A DNA stretch of 64,000 nucleotides from Acidimicrobiia bacterium (GCA_036558745.1 DATBEZ010000003.1:196352-260351); one strand, 5' to 3'; positions 1 through 8,355 are shown, numbered from the stretch's first letter. The notes: generated by a model not told the origin, from the sequence alone. Made by a program: numbers and translations.

Positions 1-724
1 GCCGCTGCCGCTCGCGCTCGGCGTCGAGATGGGAACGGGTCGTGCCCGTGATCACCTGGGTGCCGCACACGAGCTCGAGGTCGCGCAGCTCGCGCTCCGC
101 CCGCGCGGCGCCGTTCATGAGGTTGGGCCGACACATCGTCTCGAGGTAGTGCGGGGTTGAGTTCGTCGGGTGGGTCACGAACCCCGCGGCGCGCTCCCCC
201 GCGAGCCGGCAGATCCCCACGTTCACACCGCCGAGGTAGGTCGGTGGCGGCACGGTGTCCGGGTCCGGTCCGGGATTGAAGTACGGCTGCATGCGCGTGA
301 CCCGGTAGTGACGGCCCTCGTGAGTCGGCGCGGTGCCTGTGCGAAAGGACGCGTACAACGCGTCGAGCACGTCGAGGTACTCGCGCATGTGGTCCACCGG
401 ATCGTGCCACGGCATGCCGTAGCGCTCCTCGATGTTCTGGCGGATCTGGGTGCCCAACCCGAGCTGGAACCGGCCGTGTGAGAACCGGGCGAGGTCCCAC
501 GCGGCGTACGCGGTCAAGGTCGGGCTGCGCGCGAACGCGAGCGTCACGCTCGTGCGGATCGTGATCCGCTCGGTGTGATCGGCGACGAGCAACGACACCG
601 CGAGCGAGTCGTGGACCGTCTCGGGGACGTGCAGCCCGTCGTAGCCCACGGCTTCGACGCGGCGCGCGTGCGCGATGCCGGCCGGAAGCGGGAGACGCGG
701 GTCCATCCCCGCGTAGACCTTCAT
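1..724 (-). CDS. LLM-class (luciferase-like) flavin/F420-dependent oxidoreductase, 3' end outside window
   Basis: Runs off the left edge, so it is absent from the ORF track. My minus-strand translation from ATG (comp. 722-724) reads MKVYAGMDPRLPLPAGIAHARRVEAVGYDGLHVPETVHDSLAVSLLVADHTERITIRTSVTLAFARSPTLTAYAAWDLARFSHGRFQLGLGTQIRQNIEERYGMPWHDPV..., a luciferase-like TIM-barrel N-terminus. GC3 is near saturation. Confidence 0.8.
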   Translation of the reverse strand, partial: MKVYAGMDPRLPLPAGIAHARRVEAVGYDGLHVPETVHDSLAVSLLVADHTERITIRTSVTLAFARSPTLTAYAAWDLARFSHGRFQLGLGTQIRQNIEERYGMPWHDPVDHMREYLDVLDALYASFRTGTAPTHEGRHYRVTRMQPYFNPGPDPDTVPPPTYLGGVNVGICRLAGERAAGFVTHPTNSTPHYLETMCRPNLMNGAARAERELRDLELVCGTQVITGTTRSHLDAERERQR

Positions 725-742
725 CGCGCGCCCGAACCAGCG

Positions 743-3700
743 CTACGTCGGACGCGACCGGTCGGCGCGCTGGGGGATCCGTCCGTACCCACCGGCGTGC
801 GCGGACGCGACGGCAGCGTCTGTGAGCGAACGGATGCGCGCGTCATCGTCGCGATCGCGACGGAGCGCGAGCGCACGGCCCAGGTCGAGACGGGCCTGCG
901 CGCTCCAGTACGGCGCACCGATACGCTCCGACAGCTCGACCGCCTGCGAGAGGTGCTCGATCGCGAGGTCGGCCTCCCCCTGCGCAGTGGCGAGGTTCCC
1001 GATCCAATGGTGTCCCGTGCCGAAGACCGCGCCGCCGACTCCGAACACGACCACGTGGTCCGCGCACGGCATGAGCAGCTCGGTCAGCAGCTGGTGCAAC
1101 CGGGTGTCGCACGCGTCGGCCACCGCACCCGCGAAGAGCGCGACCGCCGCGAGCCAGAAGACGTCGCGCGGCAGGCGGCTGCCGTCACGACCGAGGACCC
1201 GGTGGACGATGCGCGCGGCCTCGTCGGCGCGTCCGGTCTCGGCCGACGCCACCGCGGCGAGCGCGGCGCCGGCCCGGTACGCGGGCATCTCGTCGGCGGC
1301 TTTGCGCAGCGTCGGATGCATCTCCGCGAGACGTCCCTGCTGGTAGCGCACGACGAAGCGCTGCAGCATGTGCGCGCCCGGAGCCTGCTGGAGCTCCTGA
1401 CCGCGCAGCTCCGCCCCGCGCGCGAGCTGCTCCCCCGCGACCAGGTCACCGTGCAGGGTGGCCTGGGTCGCCCGCAACGCGGCGGACCAGTACATGTCGT
1501 GCGGGCTCCGGAGCTCGGTCGCCACCTGCTCGTAACGGTCGAGCCCCGCGTCGAAGTCGTCGATCCGCGCGTTCTCGAGCAGGTCGTTGAGGTGCAGTCG
1601 GCAGGCTCGCAGGTGCAGATCCGAGCGCTCGTCGCCCGTCGTCAGGCCCACCACCGCCTCCGACAGCGCGAGCCGTTCGCTCGACGCCTCCGGTCGGTGG
1701 GTCAGCCATCGGTGCAGCGCGAGTCGGCCCGCGGCGAGCGCGGCATCGTCGCCGAGCTGGTGCCCGAGCTCGAGCGCCTCCTCTGCGATGCGGCCTTCAC
1801 GGTCGGGGTCGACGTAGTAGAGCGCGGCGGCCAGACCGTTCAGCACCCGCGCCCGCCGGCCGAGGTCGCGATCACCGAGCGCGTCGAGCGCCTCGTCGAG
1901 CAGCTCGAGCACGACCGCCTGCGACGCGAATCCCGAGCTCCACGGACCCGCCGCAGCGACGGCGACGTCGGCCAGCAACGCCGGATCGCCCGCGTCCCGC
2001 GCGAGACGAGCGGCGGTCGTGTACGCGTCGCGCGCCCGCGCGAGCTGGCCGTCTCCCTCGTACGCGAGCGCGAGGCCGTACCAGAGGCCCGGGACGTCGT
2101 CGCAGCAGTCGGCCCCGAAGTGGATCGCGTGCTCGAACCAGCGGGCGGCCTCCGCGAACGCGAACCGCTCCGCCGCGTCCCGCCCCGCGTGGGCCGAGTA
2201 CCGGGCGGCCTTCGGCACCAGGTCCGGCCGCGACGCGGCCGCGACGAAGTGGTGCGCGAGCGCTGCGGGCGCACGTCCCACGTGCTGCATGGTCTCGAGC
2301 GCCTCACCGACGTGTCGGTGCAGCTCCACGCGTCGCGAGTCGGGGATCTGCGCGTACACGGCGTTGCGGACCATCGCGTGCGGGAACTGGAACCGGTCGA
2401 GATGATCGCCGTGCTCGACCAGCAACCGGGCCGCGAGGCACTCCTCCAACGCGTCCATGAGCTCGTCGCCGTCGAACGCGCACGCGGGCGCGAGCAGGTC
2501 GAGCGAGACGTCCATGCCGGAGATGGCGGCGACGTGGATCACGTCGCGCCCCCGTTCGGACAGACGTCCCATGCGACGCTCGACCAACGCGCGGACACCG
2601 GCGGGAGCGATGGTCGTGATGGTGCGCTCCAGCTCGGCGGTGTCGTCGAAGCGGCCCGACTCCTCGTCGAGCGAGCGCAGCAGCTCGCGGATGAAGAGCG
2701 GGTTGCCCGCCGTCACCTCCTGCACCGTCGGCACGAGCTCGACGAGTGATTCGACCGCCTCGGGCGCGGCGACCGCGCGCAGCAGCGCGCGCACCTCGTT
2801 GTGCCCGAACCCGCTCAGGTGCATCCGCTCGGTGGCCGCCGGCGGTGCGAGCGCGTCGAGCAGCTCGGCTGCCTCGCCGCCGATCTCGTCGTCGCGGAAC
2901 GTCACCACGACCATGACCCCGACCAACCCGCGGTGGCGCACCAGGTGACGCAACACCGCGAACGTCGGGCGATCGGCCCAGTGCGCGTCGTCGACGACGA
3001 GGACGAGCGGGCCGGCACCGGCCGCGGCGACGAGCGTCGCGACCGCCTCGTAGAGGCGGTACCGCTCCGACGCCGCGCCGAGACCACCGCCGGCCGGACG
3101 TGGCGCGCCGGGCGCGGGCAGGTCCGGCAGCAGCAGCTTGAGATCCGCGGGCAGCGACGCGCGCCCGGCCTCGTCGAGCCGGTCGACCAACGCGTGCAGG
3201 ATCTCCACCACGGACTCGTACTCCACGACCGGATCCGGGCGGCACCGTCCGATCACGACGGGCACGCCGCGCGTGACGGCGCGGTCCGAGAACTCCTCGA
3301 GCAACGTCGTCTTGCCGATGCCCTCCTGTCCCCCGATGAGCACGAGCCGGCGCTCGCCCGAGACGACCGCGTCGAGCGTCGCCAGCAACGTCGCCGTCTC
3401 CACCCGGCGGTCGATGAAGCGCGACGGCGCACCGCGCCGGCGTGGCGCGCTCGCGGCGACCGCCGGTCGCGGCGGCACGAAATCGAGCCCGGGGCGCTGG
3501 AGGAGGACGTCCTCCTCCAGGCTGCGCAGCGTTGCCGACGGCTCCACGCCCAGCGCCTCGTCGAGACGGCGGGCGTGCTCGGTGTACGCGCGCAACGCCT
3601 CCGCCTGCCGCCCGCACCGGTACAGCGCGCGCATCAGCTGCGCGGTGAACCGTTCGTGCAGCGGGAACTCCTCGATCGCGCCGCGGAGCACGTCGATCAC

Positions 3701-4243
3701 GAGCGCGTGGTCTCCGAGCGTCAGCCGGGCCTCGACCAGCTCCTCGAACGCGCGCGCCCGCAGCTCCTCGAGCCGGGCCCGCTCGGCCCGGGCCGCGCTG
3801 AGGTCGGCGATGTCGGCGAAGGCGCGGCCGTGCCACAGGTCGAGCGCGTCGGTGAGCCGGGCCGCCGCCGTACCGAAATCGCCGTCCCCGCTCGCGCTGC
3901 ATCCGTAGAGCACGAGCCGCTCGAACCGCTGCGCGTCCAGCTCGTCGGGCTCGACCCGCAGCAGGTAGCCGTACGGGCCGGCCGGAAGACGCCCGCTCGG
4001 CGCGTTCGCGTCGCGCTCGGGCTCGAGCACCTGACGGAGCCGCCCGACGTGCACCCGCAGCGCGGTCGCCGCGCTGGCCGGGGGCTCGCCCTCCCACAGC
4101 TCCTCGGTCAGCTGTTCGGCCGGGACGGAGCGATTGGGTCGTAGTGCGAGGAGTGCGAGGAGCTGGCGCGGCTTGACCCCGCGAAGCAGGAACGGCATCC
4201 CGTCGTGGCGAATCTCCAACGGCCCGAGTACCCGGAGCTCCAC
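743..4243 (-). CDS. AfsR/SARP-family transcriptional regulator (winged-helix + BTAD + P-loop NTPase + TPR-like C-terminus)
   Basis: ORF 743..4279 (1178 aa). Motifs: LRVLGPLEIRHDG...KPRQLLALLAL...ALRVHVGRLRQVL (OmpR-type wHTH); LDAQRFERLV...ALDLWHGRAFAD (BTAD); Walker A GGQEGIGKTTLL; Walker B LVLVVDDAHWAD; long helical repeat tail. Start moved to GTG 4243 (VELRVLGPLEI) because GGAGG lies 6 nt upstream. GTG 4279 is the longest alternative. Confidence 0.9.
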   Translation of the reverse strand: MELRVLGPLEIRHDGMPFLLRGVKPRQLLALLALRPNRSVPAEQLTEELWEGEPPASAATALRVHVGRLRQVLEPERDANAPSGRLPAGPYGYLLRVEPDELDAQRFERLVLYGCSASGDGDFGTAAARLTDALDLWHGRAFADIADLSAARAERARLEELRARAFEELVEARLTLGDHALVIDVLRGAIEEFPLHERFTAQLMRALYRCGRQAEALRAYTEHARRLDEALGVEPSATLRSLEEDVLLQRPGLDFVPPRPAVAASAPRRRGAPSRFIDRRVETATLLATLDAVVSGERRLVLIGGQEGIGKTTLLEEFSDRAVTRGVPVVIGRCRPDPVVEYESVVEILHALVDRLDEAGRASLPADLKLLLPDLPAPGAPRPAGGGLGAASERYRLYEAVATLVAAAGAGPLVLVVDDAHWADRPTFAVLRHLVRHRGLVGVMVVVTFRDDEIGGEAAELLDALAPPAATERMHLSGFGHNEVRALLRAVAAPEAVESLVELVPTVQEVTAGNPLFIRELLRSLDEESGRFDDTAELERTITTIAPAGVRALVERRMGRLSERGRDVIHVAAISGMDVSLDLLAPACAFDGDELMDALEECLAARLLVEHGDHLDRFQFPHAMVRNAVYAQIPDSRRVELHRHVGEALETMQHVGRAPAALAHHFVAAASRPDLVPKAARYSAHAGRDAAERFAFAEAARWFEHAIHFGADCCDDVPGLWYGLALAYEGDGQLARARDAYTTAARLARDAGDPALLADVAVAAAGPWSSGFASQAVVLELLDEALDALGDRDLGRRARVLNGLAAALYYVDPDREGRIAEEALELGHQLGDDAALAAGRLALHRWLTHRPEASSERLALSEAVVGLTTGDERSDLHLRACRLHLNDLLENARIDDFDAGLDRYEQVATELRSPHDMYWSAALRATQATLHGDLVAGEQLARGAELRGQELQQAPGAHMLQRFVVRYQQGRLAEMHPTLRKAADEMPAYRAGAALAAVASAETGRADEAARIVHRVLGRDGSRLPRDVFWLAAVALFAGAVADACDTRLHQLLTELLMPCADHVVVFGVGGAVFGTGHHWIGNLATAQGEADLAIEHLSQAVELSERIGAPYWSAQARLDLGRALALRRDRDDDARIRSLTDAAVASAHAGGYGRIPQRADRSRPT

Positions 4244-4312
4244 CCGGAACCTCCGTCTTCGAGGCGAGGGATCGGGCACGTTATACCGAGGTCAGCGCAT
4301 CGCGCGGGACTG

Positions 4313-4346
4313 CGTTTACGGCCCGTTTACGCCTCTCCGGTACCAC
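4313..4346 (+). promoter_or_regulatory. SARP-box promoter cassette A: CGTTTAC-n4-CGTTTAC-n10-TACCAC
   Basis: Heptamers at 4313-4319 and 4324-4330 (11-bp register), then 10 nt, then TACCAC at 4341-4346. About 200 nt upstream of the 140-aa gene and divergent from the SARP gene. Confidence 0.6.
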
Positions 4347-4545
4347 AGGACACCTCGGGGAGCGCCCGACCCGAGCGGTACGTCCGTCGCGTGGAGGGCA
4401 GCAGCGACGTCGGCGTCTGCGGCGGCCTCGACGGGTCGGCACGGATTCCGGCGGGGGCACGCTGTCGCCTTCCGCGCGACGGGCTCCGCCGCGCGTCGCG
4501 CACCACGAGCCCTCACCACGAACCATCGGAACGAGAGAGAGGACG

Positions 4546-4968
4546 ATGCCCCACCAGGAAGACCGGCACCAGGACGGCCAGCACCAGGGCAGGCAGGGAA
4601 CGCTCGTCGGCGACCCACTCAACGGGTTGGTCGTCGCGGGCAACCAGGGTTTGAAGGATCCGAACTTCCGCTCGAGCCTCCGAGACATGCACGAGAACAA
4701 CGTGCCGCTCGTGCAGATCGTGGAGAACCTCGGGCTCGACGGCGACATGAGCCCACAGGTGCGCCGGATCCTCGAGGACCTCGACCCCGCCGTGGTCGAC
4801 GGCATCCGCCAGGCGATGATCGACATGCTCGACCGTCAGGATCAGACGATGCCGCTTGCGTGCACCGTCACGCAGCAACAGCTGGACGCGGGAACACCGG
4901 TCGTCGTACAGGTCGTCACCACCGACAACAAGCGGACGGTCCAGGCCACACCTTCGAGCGGAACGTGA
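4546..4968 (+). CDS. hypothetical 140-aa protein (His/Gln/Asp/Arg-rich N-terminus), first gene of the SARP-box A unit
   Basis: ORF 4546..4968. ATG is preceded by GAGAGAGAGG. GC3 is high and the body has non-shadow composition (NVPLVQIVENLGLDGDMSPQVRRILEDLDPAVVDGIRQAMIDMLDRQDQ). No family recognised. Confidence 0.7.
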   Translation: MPHQEDRHQDGQHQGRQGTLVGDPLNGLVVAGNQGLKDPNFRSSLRDMHENNVPLVQIVENLGLDGDMSPQVRRILEDLDPAVVDGIRQAMIDMLDRQDQTMPLACTVTQQQLDAGTPVVVQVVTTDNKRTVQATPSSGT

Positions 4969-4993
4969 GCGGGCCCGCCGTGGTGCTGATGCT

Positions 4994-5767
4994 GTGACCG
5001 ACGCGGCGCACGACGCGCCGCGTCTGTTCGACCACCTCGACGTCAACGCGCTCGACGCACCGTCGCGCGAGTGCGACCAGGGTGCGCGCGTCGCCGCGGA
5101 CGGTTGGGGGCGGTTGCTGAACGACCGACTCCACACCTGCGCGTTCGCGGCGGCGGCGCACCTGGAACGGTGCTGGGGGTCGCAGACCGGCGCGGGCGCG
5201 GACCTCGACGACGGCGTGATCCTGCGCGCGTACGAGCTCGCGAGCGGCTACGACCGTGCGGGGCCCGCGACGCGCGACGTGGGCGTCACCGAGCTCGACG
5301 CGCTCGAGCACTGGCGGGTCCACGGGATCGGCACGAGTCGCATCGACGCGTATGCGACCGTCGCGCCCGTCACGCGCGTCGAGGTCGCGACCGCGATCGA
5401 GCACTTCGGGGGCTGCTACGCGGCGCTGGCCCTCCCCGTGTCCGCGCAAGCGCAGGACGTGTGGCGGGTGCCCGAGCGTGGACCCGAGGGGTGGCGCGCG
5501 CCGGGGTCCTGGCTCGCGCACGCGGTCGCGCTCGTCGCCTACGACGAGACGACGGTGACCGCGGTCGCGTGGGGCGCCCGAACGGCCATGACGTGGGAGT
5601 TCCTCGCCACCTACGGTGCCGCGACCTACGCCGTGGTCAGCACGCGGAGCTGGTTCGTCGCCGGGATCCCACCCGGCCTGGGCCTCGACCTCGAGGGCAT
5701 CCGCCGTGCCCTCGACCGGCGTCGCGGTGCTGCCTCGTTTTACCGGTCGTTTACGGGAGTCCCGTAG
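4994..5767 (+). CDS. putative papain-like (clan CA) cysteine peptidase, no signal peptide
   Basis: In frame of ORF 4856..5767. Start set to GTG 4994, 26 nt after the upstream stop. Candidate catalytic layout: Cys in NDRLHTCAFAAAAHLE (cf. papain QGxCGSCWAF); His in GSWLAHAVALVAYDE (cf. HAVxxVGY); then TAVAWGARTAMTW (cf. NSWGxxWG). Confidence 0.6.
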   Translation: MTDAAHDAPRLFDHLDVNALDAPSRECDQGARVAADGWGRLLNDRLHTCAFAAAAHLERCWGSQTGAGADLDDGVILRAYELASGYDRAGPATRDVGVTELDALEHWRVHGIGTSRIDAYATVAPVTRVEVATAIEHFGGCYAALALPVSAQAQDVWRVPERGPEGWRAPGSWLAHAVALVAYDETTVTAVAWGARTAMTWEFLATYGAATYAVVSTRSWFVAGIPPGLGLDLEGIRRALDRRRGAASFYRSFTGVP

Positions 5768-5770
5768 AAC
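5736..5770 (+). promoter_or_regulatory. SARP-box promoter cassette B: CGTTTTAC-n4-CGTTTAC-n10-TAGAAC
   Basis: Repeats at 5736-5743 and 5748-5754 (TTTAC cores 11 bp apart), then 10 nt, then TAGAAC at 5765-5770. The hexamer contains the peptidase stop codon (5765-5767). Confidence 0.5.
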
Positions 5771-5900
5771 GGCCACATCGTCCGCCGGTGCGGTGCAGCG
5801 CGCAGGGGCAGGACCGGTGCAGGCCGGAGCACGGCAGGAGCTGGTCATCGGGCCGGCGGGACGAACCGCACACCCGCGCACCGTGTGGGTGGTGCACCGC

Positions 5901-5940
5901 AGGCGGCGTGCCGGCTCCCCCCATTCCCGGCACGCCGCCT
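5901..5940. terminator. bidirectional stem-loop between convergent peptidase and SRPBCC genes
   Basis: AGGCGGCGTGCCGG-(12 nt)-CCGGCACGCCGCCT, a perfect 14-bp stem. Confidence 0.6.
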
Positions 5941-5950
5941 GCACGCGCCG

Positions 5951-6418
5951 TCAGCTCGTCGCGGTGACGAGCTCCTCGATCCGGACCAGGGTCTGCTCCA
6001 TGTTGCGGCGGGTCTTGTCGGGCGTCGGTCCGAGGCGCAGCAGCGCGCGCTGCTTGTCCTGTGAGAGGTCCCAGCTCTCGCGGACGCGGGTGCCGCCGTC
6101 GACGGGCTCGAGCTCGTAGCGCCAGATGCGCCCGGCCGAGATCCGCCCGGGCCAGCCCGGCGGGCGGGCCTGCCACGCGATCCGGCGGTTGTCCTCGTAC
6201 TCCACCACCGTGTTGACCATCGAGTACGGGATGCCGAGCTTCATCGACATCCCGAACGTCGCGCCGAGCGAGAGCCGCTCCGGCGCGCCGGCCTTGGCCT
6301 GCTTCACGGTCCCGGACCCGTCGATGTCCGGGTGACGCGACGCGTCGGCGAGCAGGGCGAAGATCGCGTCCGGCGGCGCCGGGATGACCCGCTCCACGGT
6401 CACCACGTCACCTTTCAT
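5951..6418 (-). CDS. SRPBCC-family (polyketide cyclase/dehydrase-like, START-fold) ligand-binding protein
   Basis: ORF 5951..6418. MKGDVVTVERVIPAPPDAIFALLADASRHPDIDGSG...RIWRYELEPVDGGTRVRESWDLS is a typical SRPBCC pattern. ATG is preceded by GGGGGAGG. Confidence 0.85.
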   Translation of the reverse strand: MKGDVVTVERVIPAPPDAIFALLADASRHPDIDGSGTVKQAKAGAPERLSLGATFGMSMKLGIPYSMVNTVVEYEDNRRIAWQARPPGWPGRISAGRIWRYELEPVDGGTRVRESWDLSQDKQRALLRLGPTPDKTRRNMEQTLVRIEELVTATS

Positions 6419-6509
6419 CGAAGCCTCCCCCGTTCGAGTGTCCCCGCGGGCGAGACCCTACGTGGCAGAGACGCGAGCGGCGAGCCTGCGAGCGCGAGGA
6501 AGGACGCCG

Positions 6510-6830
6510 TCAGCGGTCCGGCCTGATGCCGGCGCGGACGAGCACCTCGGCCGGCACCCCGAACTCGCGCCACGTCGCGTACTCGATGCCGTGGGCGACC
6601 GCGTACGTCCGCGCGTAGGCGACGAACCCGTGCTCGAGTCGTCGCACCTCGCGGTCCTCGGCGGAGGGCGACCGCTCGGCCGCGCCCGCCTCGCCGCCCG
6701 AGAGCGTCCGCGCCCGGTGCACGGCGCGGGCGTCGAGCGCCTCCAGGTAGCCGGCGACCGCGCCTGTCGACCGGCACCCGGTGCTCCGTCCCACTCGACG
6801 GTCGACCGACCGTCCCCGCGTCGTCAGCAT
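6510..6830 (-). CDS. hypothetical protein, first gene of the SARP-box C unit; start uncertain
   Basis: ORF 6510..6908 (GTG start). GC3 is saturated only from about AVAGYLEALDARAVHR onward, so ATG 6830 or GTG 6794 are more likely starts than 6908. The C-terminal half (EDREVRRLEHGFVAYARTYAVAHGIEYATWREFGVPAEVLVRAGI) looks like a real protein. No family recognised. Confidence 0.5.
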   Translation of the reverse strand: MLTTRGRSVDRRVGRSTGCRSTGAVAGYLEALDARAVHRARTLSGGEAGAAERSPSAEDREVRRLEHGFVAYARTYAVAHGIEYATWREFGVPAEVLVRAGIRPDR

Positions 6831-6995
6831 CGGCCGCCACCCCCGTGCCTCGTCAATCGGTCGCAATGCGACGCATCCGCTGTCGGAACCGCGCTCGTGT
6901 CGCTCCACGTCGGCGTCCTCGGCAGACCCGGTCCGTTCGTGGGCGCGCCCGCAACGCGCCCCAGCCCAGTCGACGGTCCGACGGTCCCGGGCCGT

Positions 6996-7029
6996 GTTCT
7001 AGGAGGGAGGTGTAAAGGGCCCGTAAACG
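6996..7029 (-). promoter_or_regulatory. SARP-box promoter cassette C (minus strand): CGTTTAC-n4-CCTTTAC-n10-TAGAAC
   Basis: Plus-strand GTAAACG at 7023-7029 and GTAAAGG at 7012-7018 (11-bp register), with GTTCTA at 6996-7001. Points toward the 6510-6908 and SRPBCC genes. Confidence 0.6.
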
Positions 7030-7109
7030 ACGGCCCGGCGAGCCCGTGGAGCGGTGCGGCAGACTCGCGCGCGCCGCCTCGCCGCGGCCCACGATCGCGG
7101 GAGAGCACA

Positions 7110-8345
7110 GTGACGACCACCGAGACGAACGCCCCGGCGACGCCCTTCTCACCAGGTCGGCTGGGACCGTTGACGCTGCGGAACCGCATCATCAAGGCGG
7201 CGACCTTCGAGGGCATGGCGCCCCGTCACGTCGTCACGGACTCGCTGATCGCCTACCACCGGGCCGTCGCCGCGGGTGGCGTCGCCATGACGACGCTGGC
7301 GTACTGCGCGGTCGGCGAGGACGGTCAGGGAGCACCGGGCGAGATCGTCATGCGGGAGGAGGCCGTGCCCGGGCTCCGGCGCTTCACCGAGGCGATCCAC
7401 GAGACCGGCGCGGCGGCGTCGATCCAGCTGGGCCATGCAGGGCCCGTCGCCGCGGGGACCGGACACCGCGGGCTGGCCCCGTCTCGGGTCTTCGCGCCGC
7501 AGGCGATGCGCTTCACCCAGGAGGTCACACCCGACGACATCACGCGCATCACGGGCGACTTCGCTCGCGCCGCGATGCTCGCGGTGGACGCGGGCTTCGA
7601 CGCGGTGGAGCTGCACTTCGGTCACGGGTACCTGCTGAGCGCGTTCATGAGCCCGCGCCTCAACAAGCGCACCGACCGCTTCGGCGGCTCGGTCGAGAAC
7701 CGCGCCCGGTTCGCACGCGACGTCGCGCTGGCGGTCCGCGACGCGGTCGGCCAGGGCGTCGCGGTGCTCGCCAAGCTGAACATGGCCGACGGGGTGCCCG
7801 GTGGGTTGTGGCTGGACGACAGCGTCGCCATCGCGCGCCTGCTCGAAGCCGACGGCGCCCTCGACGCGCTCGAGCTGACGGGCGGCAGCTCGTTCCAGAA
7901 CCCGATGTACCTCTTCCGCGGCGAAGCCCCGATCGCGGAGATGGCCCAGGCCTTTCCGCCGCCGCTGCGTCTCGGCTTCAAGCTGACCGCGAAGCGGTTC
8001 ATGCCCGAGTACCCGTTCGAGGAGGCGTTCTTCCTGCCGTACGCGCGCCAGTTCCGCGACGCGCTCGACATGCCGCTGATCCTCCTCGGCGGTGTCAACC
8101 GCGTCGACACGGTGCAGCGCGCGCTCGACGAAGGCTTCGCGTTCGTGGCGATGGGCCGCGCGCTCCTGCGCGAGCCGGATCTGGTGGAGCGCTGGCGCAA
8201 GGGCGACGTCGACGAGTCGTTGTGCGTCCACTGCAACAAGTGCATGCCGACGATCTACCGGGGCACGCACTGCGTGCTCGTCGCACCGGGCGAGCGCCCC
8301 GGGTTGGAGACCGGCCGCGTCCTCGCGTCCACGGCCGACGCCTGA
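7110..8345 (+). CDS. NADH:flavin oxidoreductase, Old Yellow Enzyme family
   Basis: In frame of ORF 6384..8345. Start set to GTG 7110 after GGGAGAG. LRNRIIKAATFEGM...IQLGHAG...FDAVELHFGHGYLLSAFMSPRLNKRTDRFGGSVENRARF is classic OYE. Confidence 0.9.
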   Translation: MTTTETNAPATPFSPGRLGPLTLRNRIIKAATFEGMAPRHVVTDSLIAYHRAVAAGGVAMTTLAYCAVGEDGQGAPGEIVMREEAVPGLRRFTEAIHETGAAASIQLGHAGPVAAGTGHRGLAPSRVFAPQAMRFTQEVTPDDITRITGDFARAAMLAVDAGFDAVELHFGHGYLLSAFMSPRLNKRTDRFGGSVENRARFARDVALAVRDAVGQGVAVLAKLNMADGVPGGLWLDDSVAIARLLEADGALDALELTGGSSFQNPMYLFRGEAPIAEMAQAFPPPLRLGFKLTAKRFMPEYPFEEAFFLPYARQFRDALDMPLILLGGVNRVDTVQRALDEGFAFVAMGRALLREPDLVERWRKGDVDESLCVHCNKCMPTIYRGTHCVLVAPGERPGLETGRVLASTADA

Positions 8346-8355
8346 GGCGAGATGC

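Noticed and set aside
575-2749. Long antisense ORFs such as 575..2749, 13154..14821, 17583..19148, 23825..25825, 41497..44139, 48071..49486, 49821..51476, 51526..53556 and 60534..62180
   Set aside because: Each lies opposite an ORF with clear family motifs. Their translations are dominated by R/G/P/A/D/E runs with no recognisable motif, and they lack RBS-supported starts. These are typical shadow ORFs of GC-rich genomes.
5788-5967. A 59-codon Cys-containing ORF (VRCSAQGQDRCRPEHGRSW...APCGWCTAGG...) just downstream of SARP-box cassette B; considered as a small peptide or RiPP precursor
   Set aside because: It has Arg-rich shadow-like composition and no RBS. It runs straight through the 14-bp terminator stem and into the SRPBCC 3' end. 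GC3 is only moderately elevated. I keep it only as something RNA-seq or Ribo-seq could revisit.
6831-6908. N-terminal 26-codon extension of the 6510..6908 ORF (GTG 6908)
   Set aside because: GC3 drops noticeably in this stretch compared with the saturated 3' part, so it is more likely 5' UTR. The start remains uncertain (6830 or 6794).
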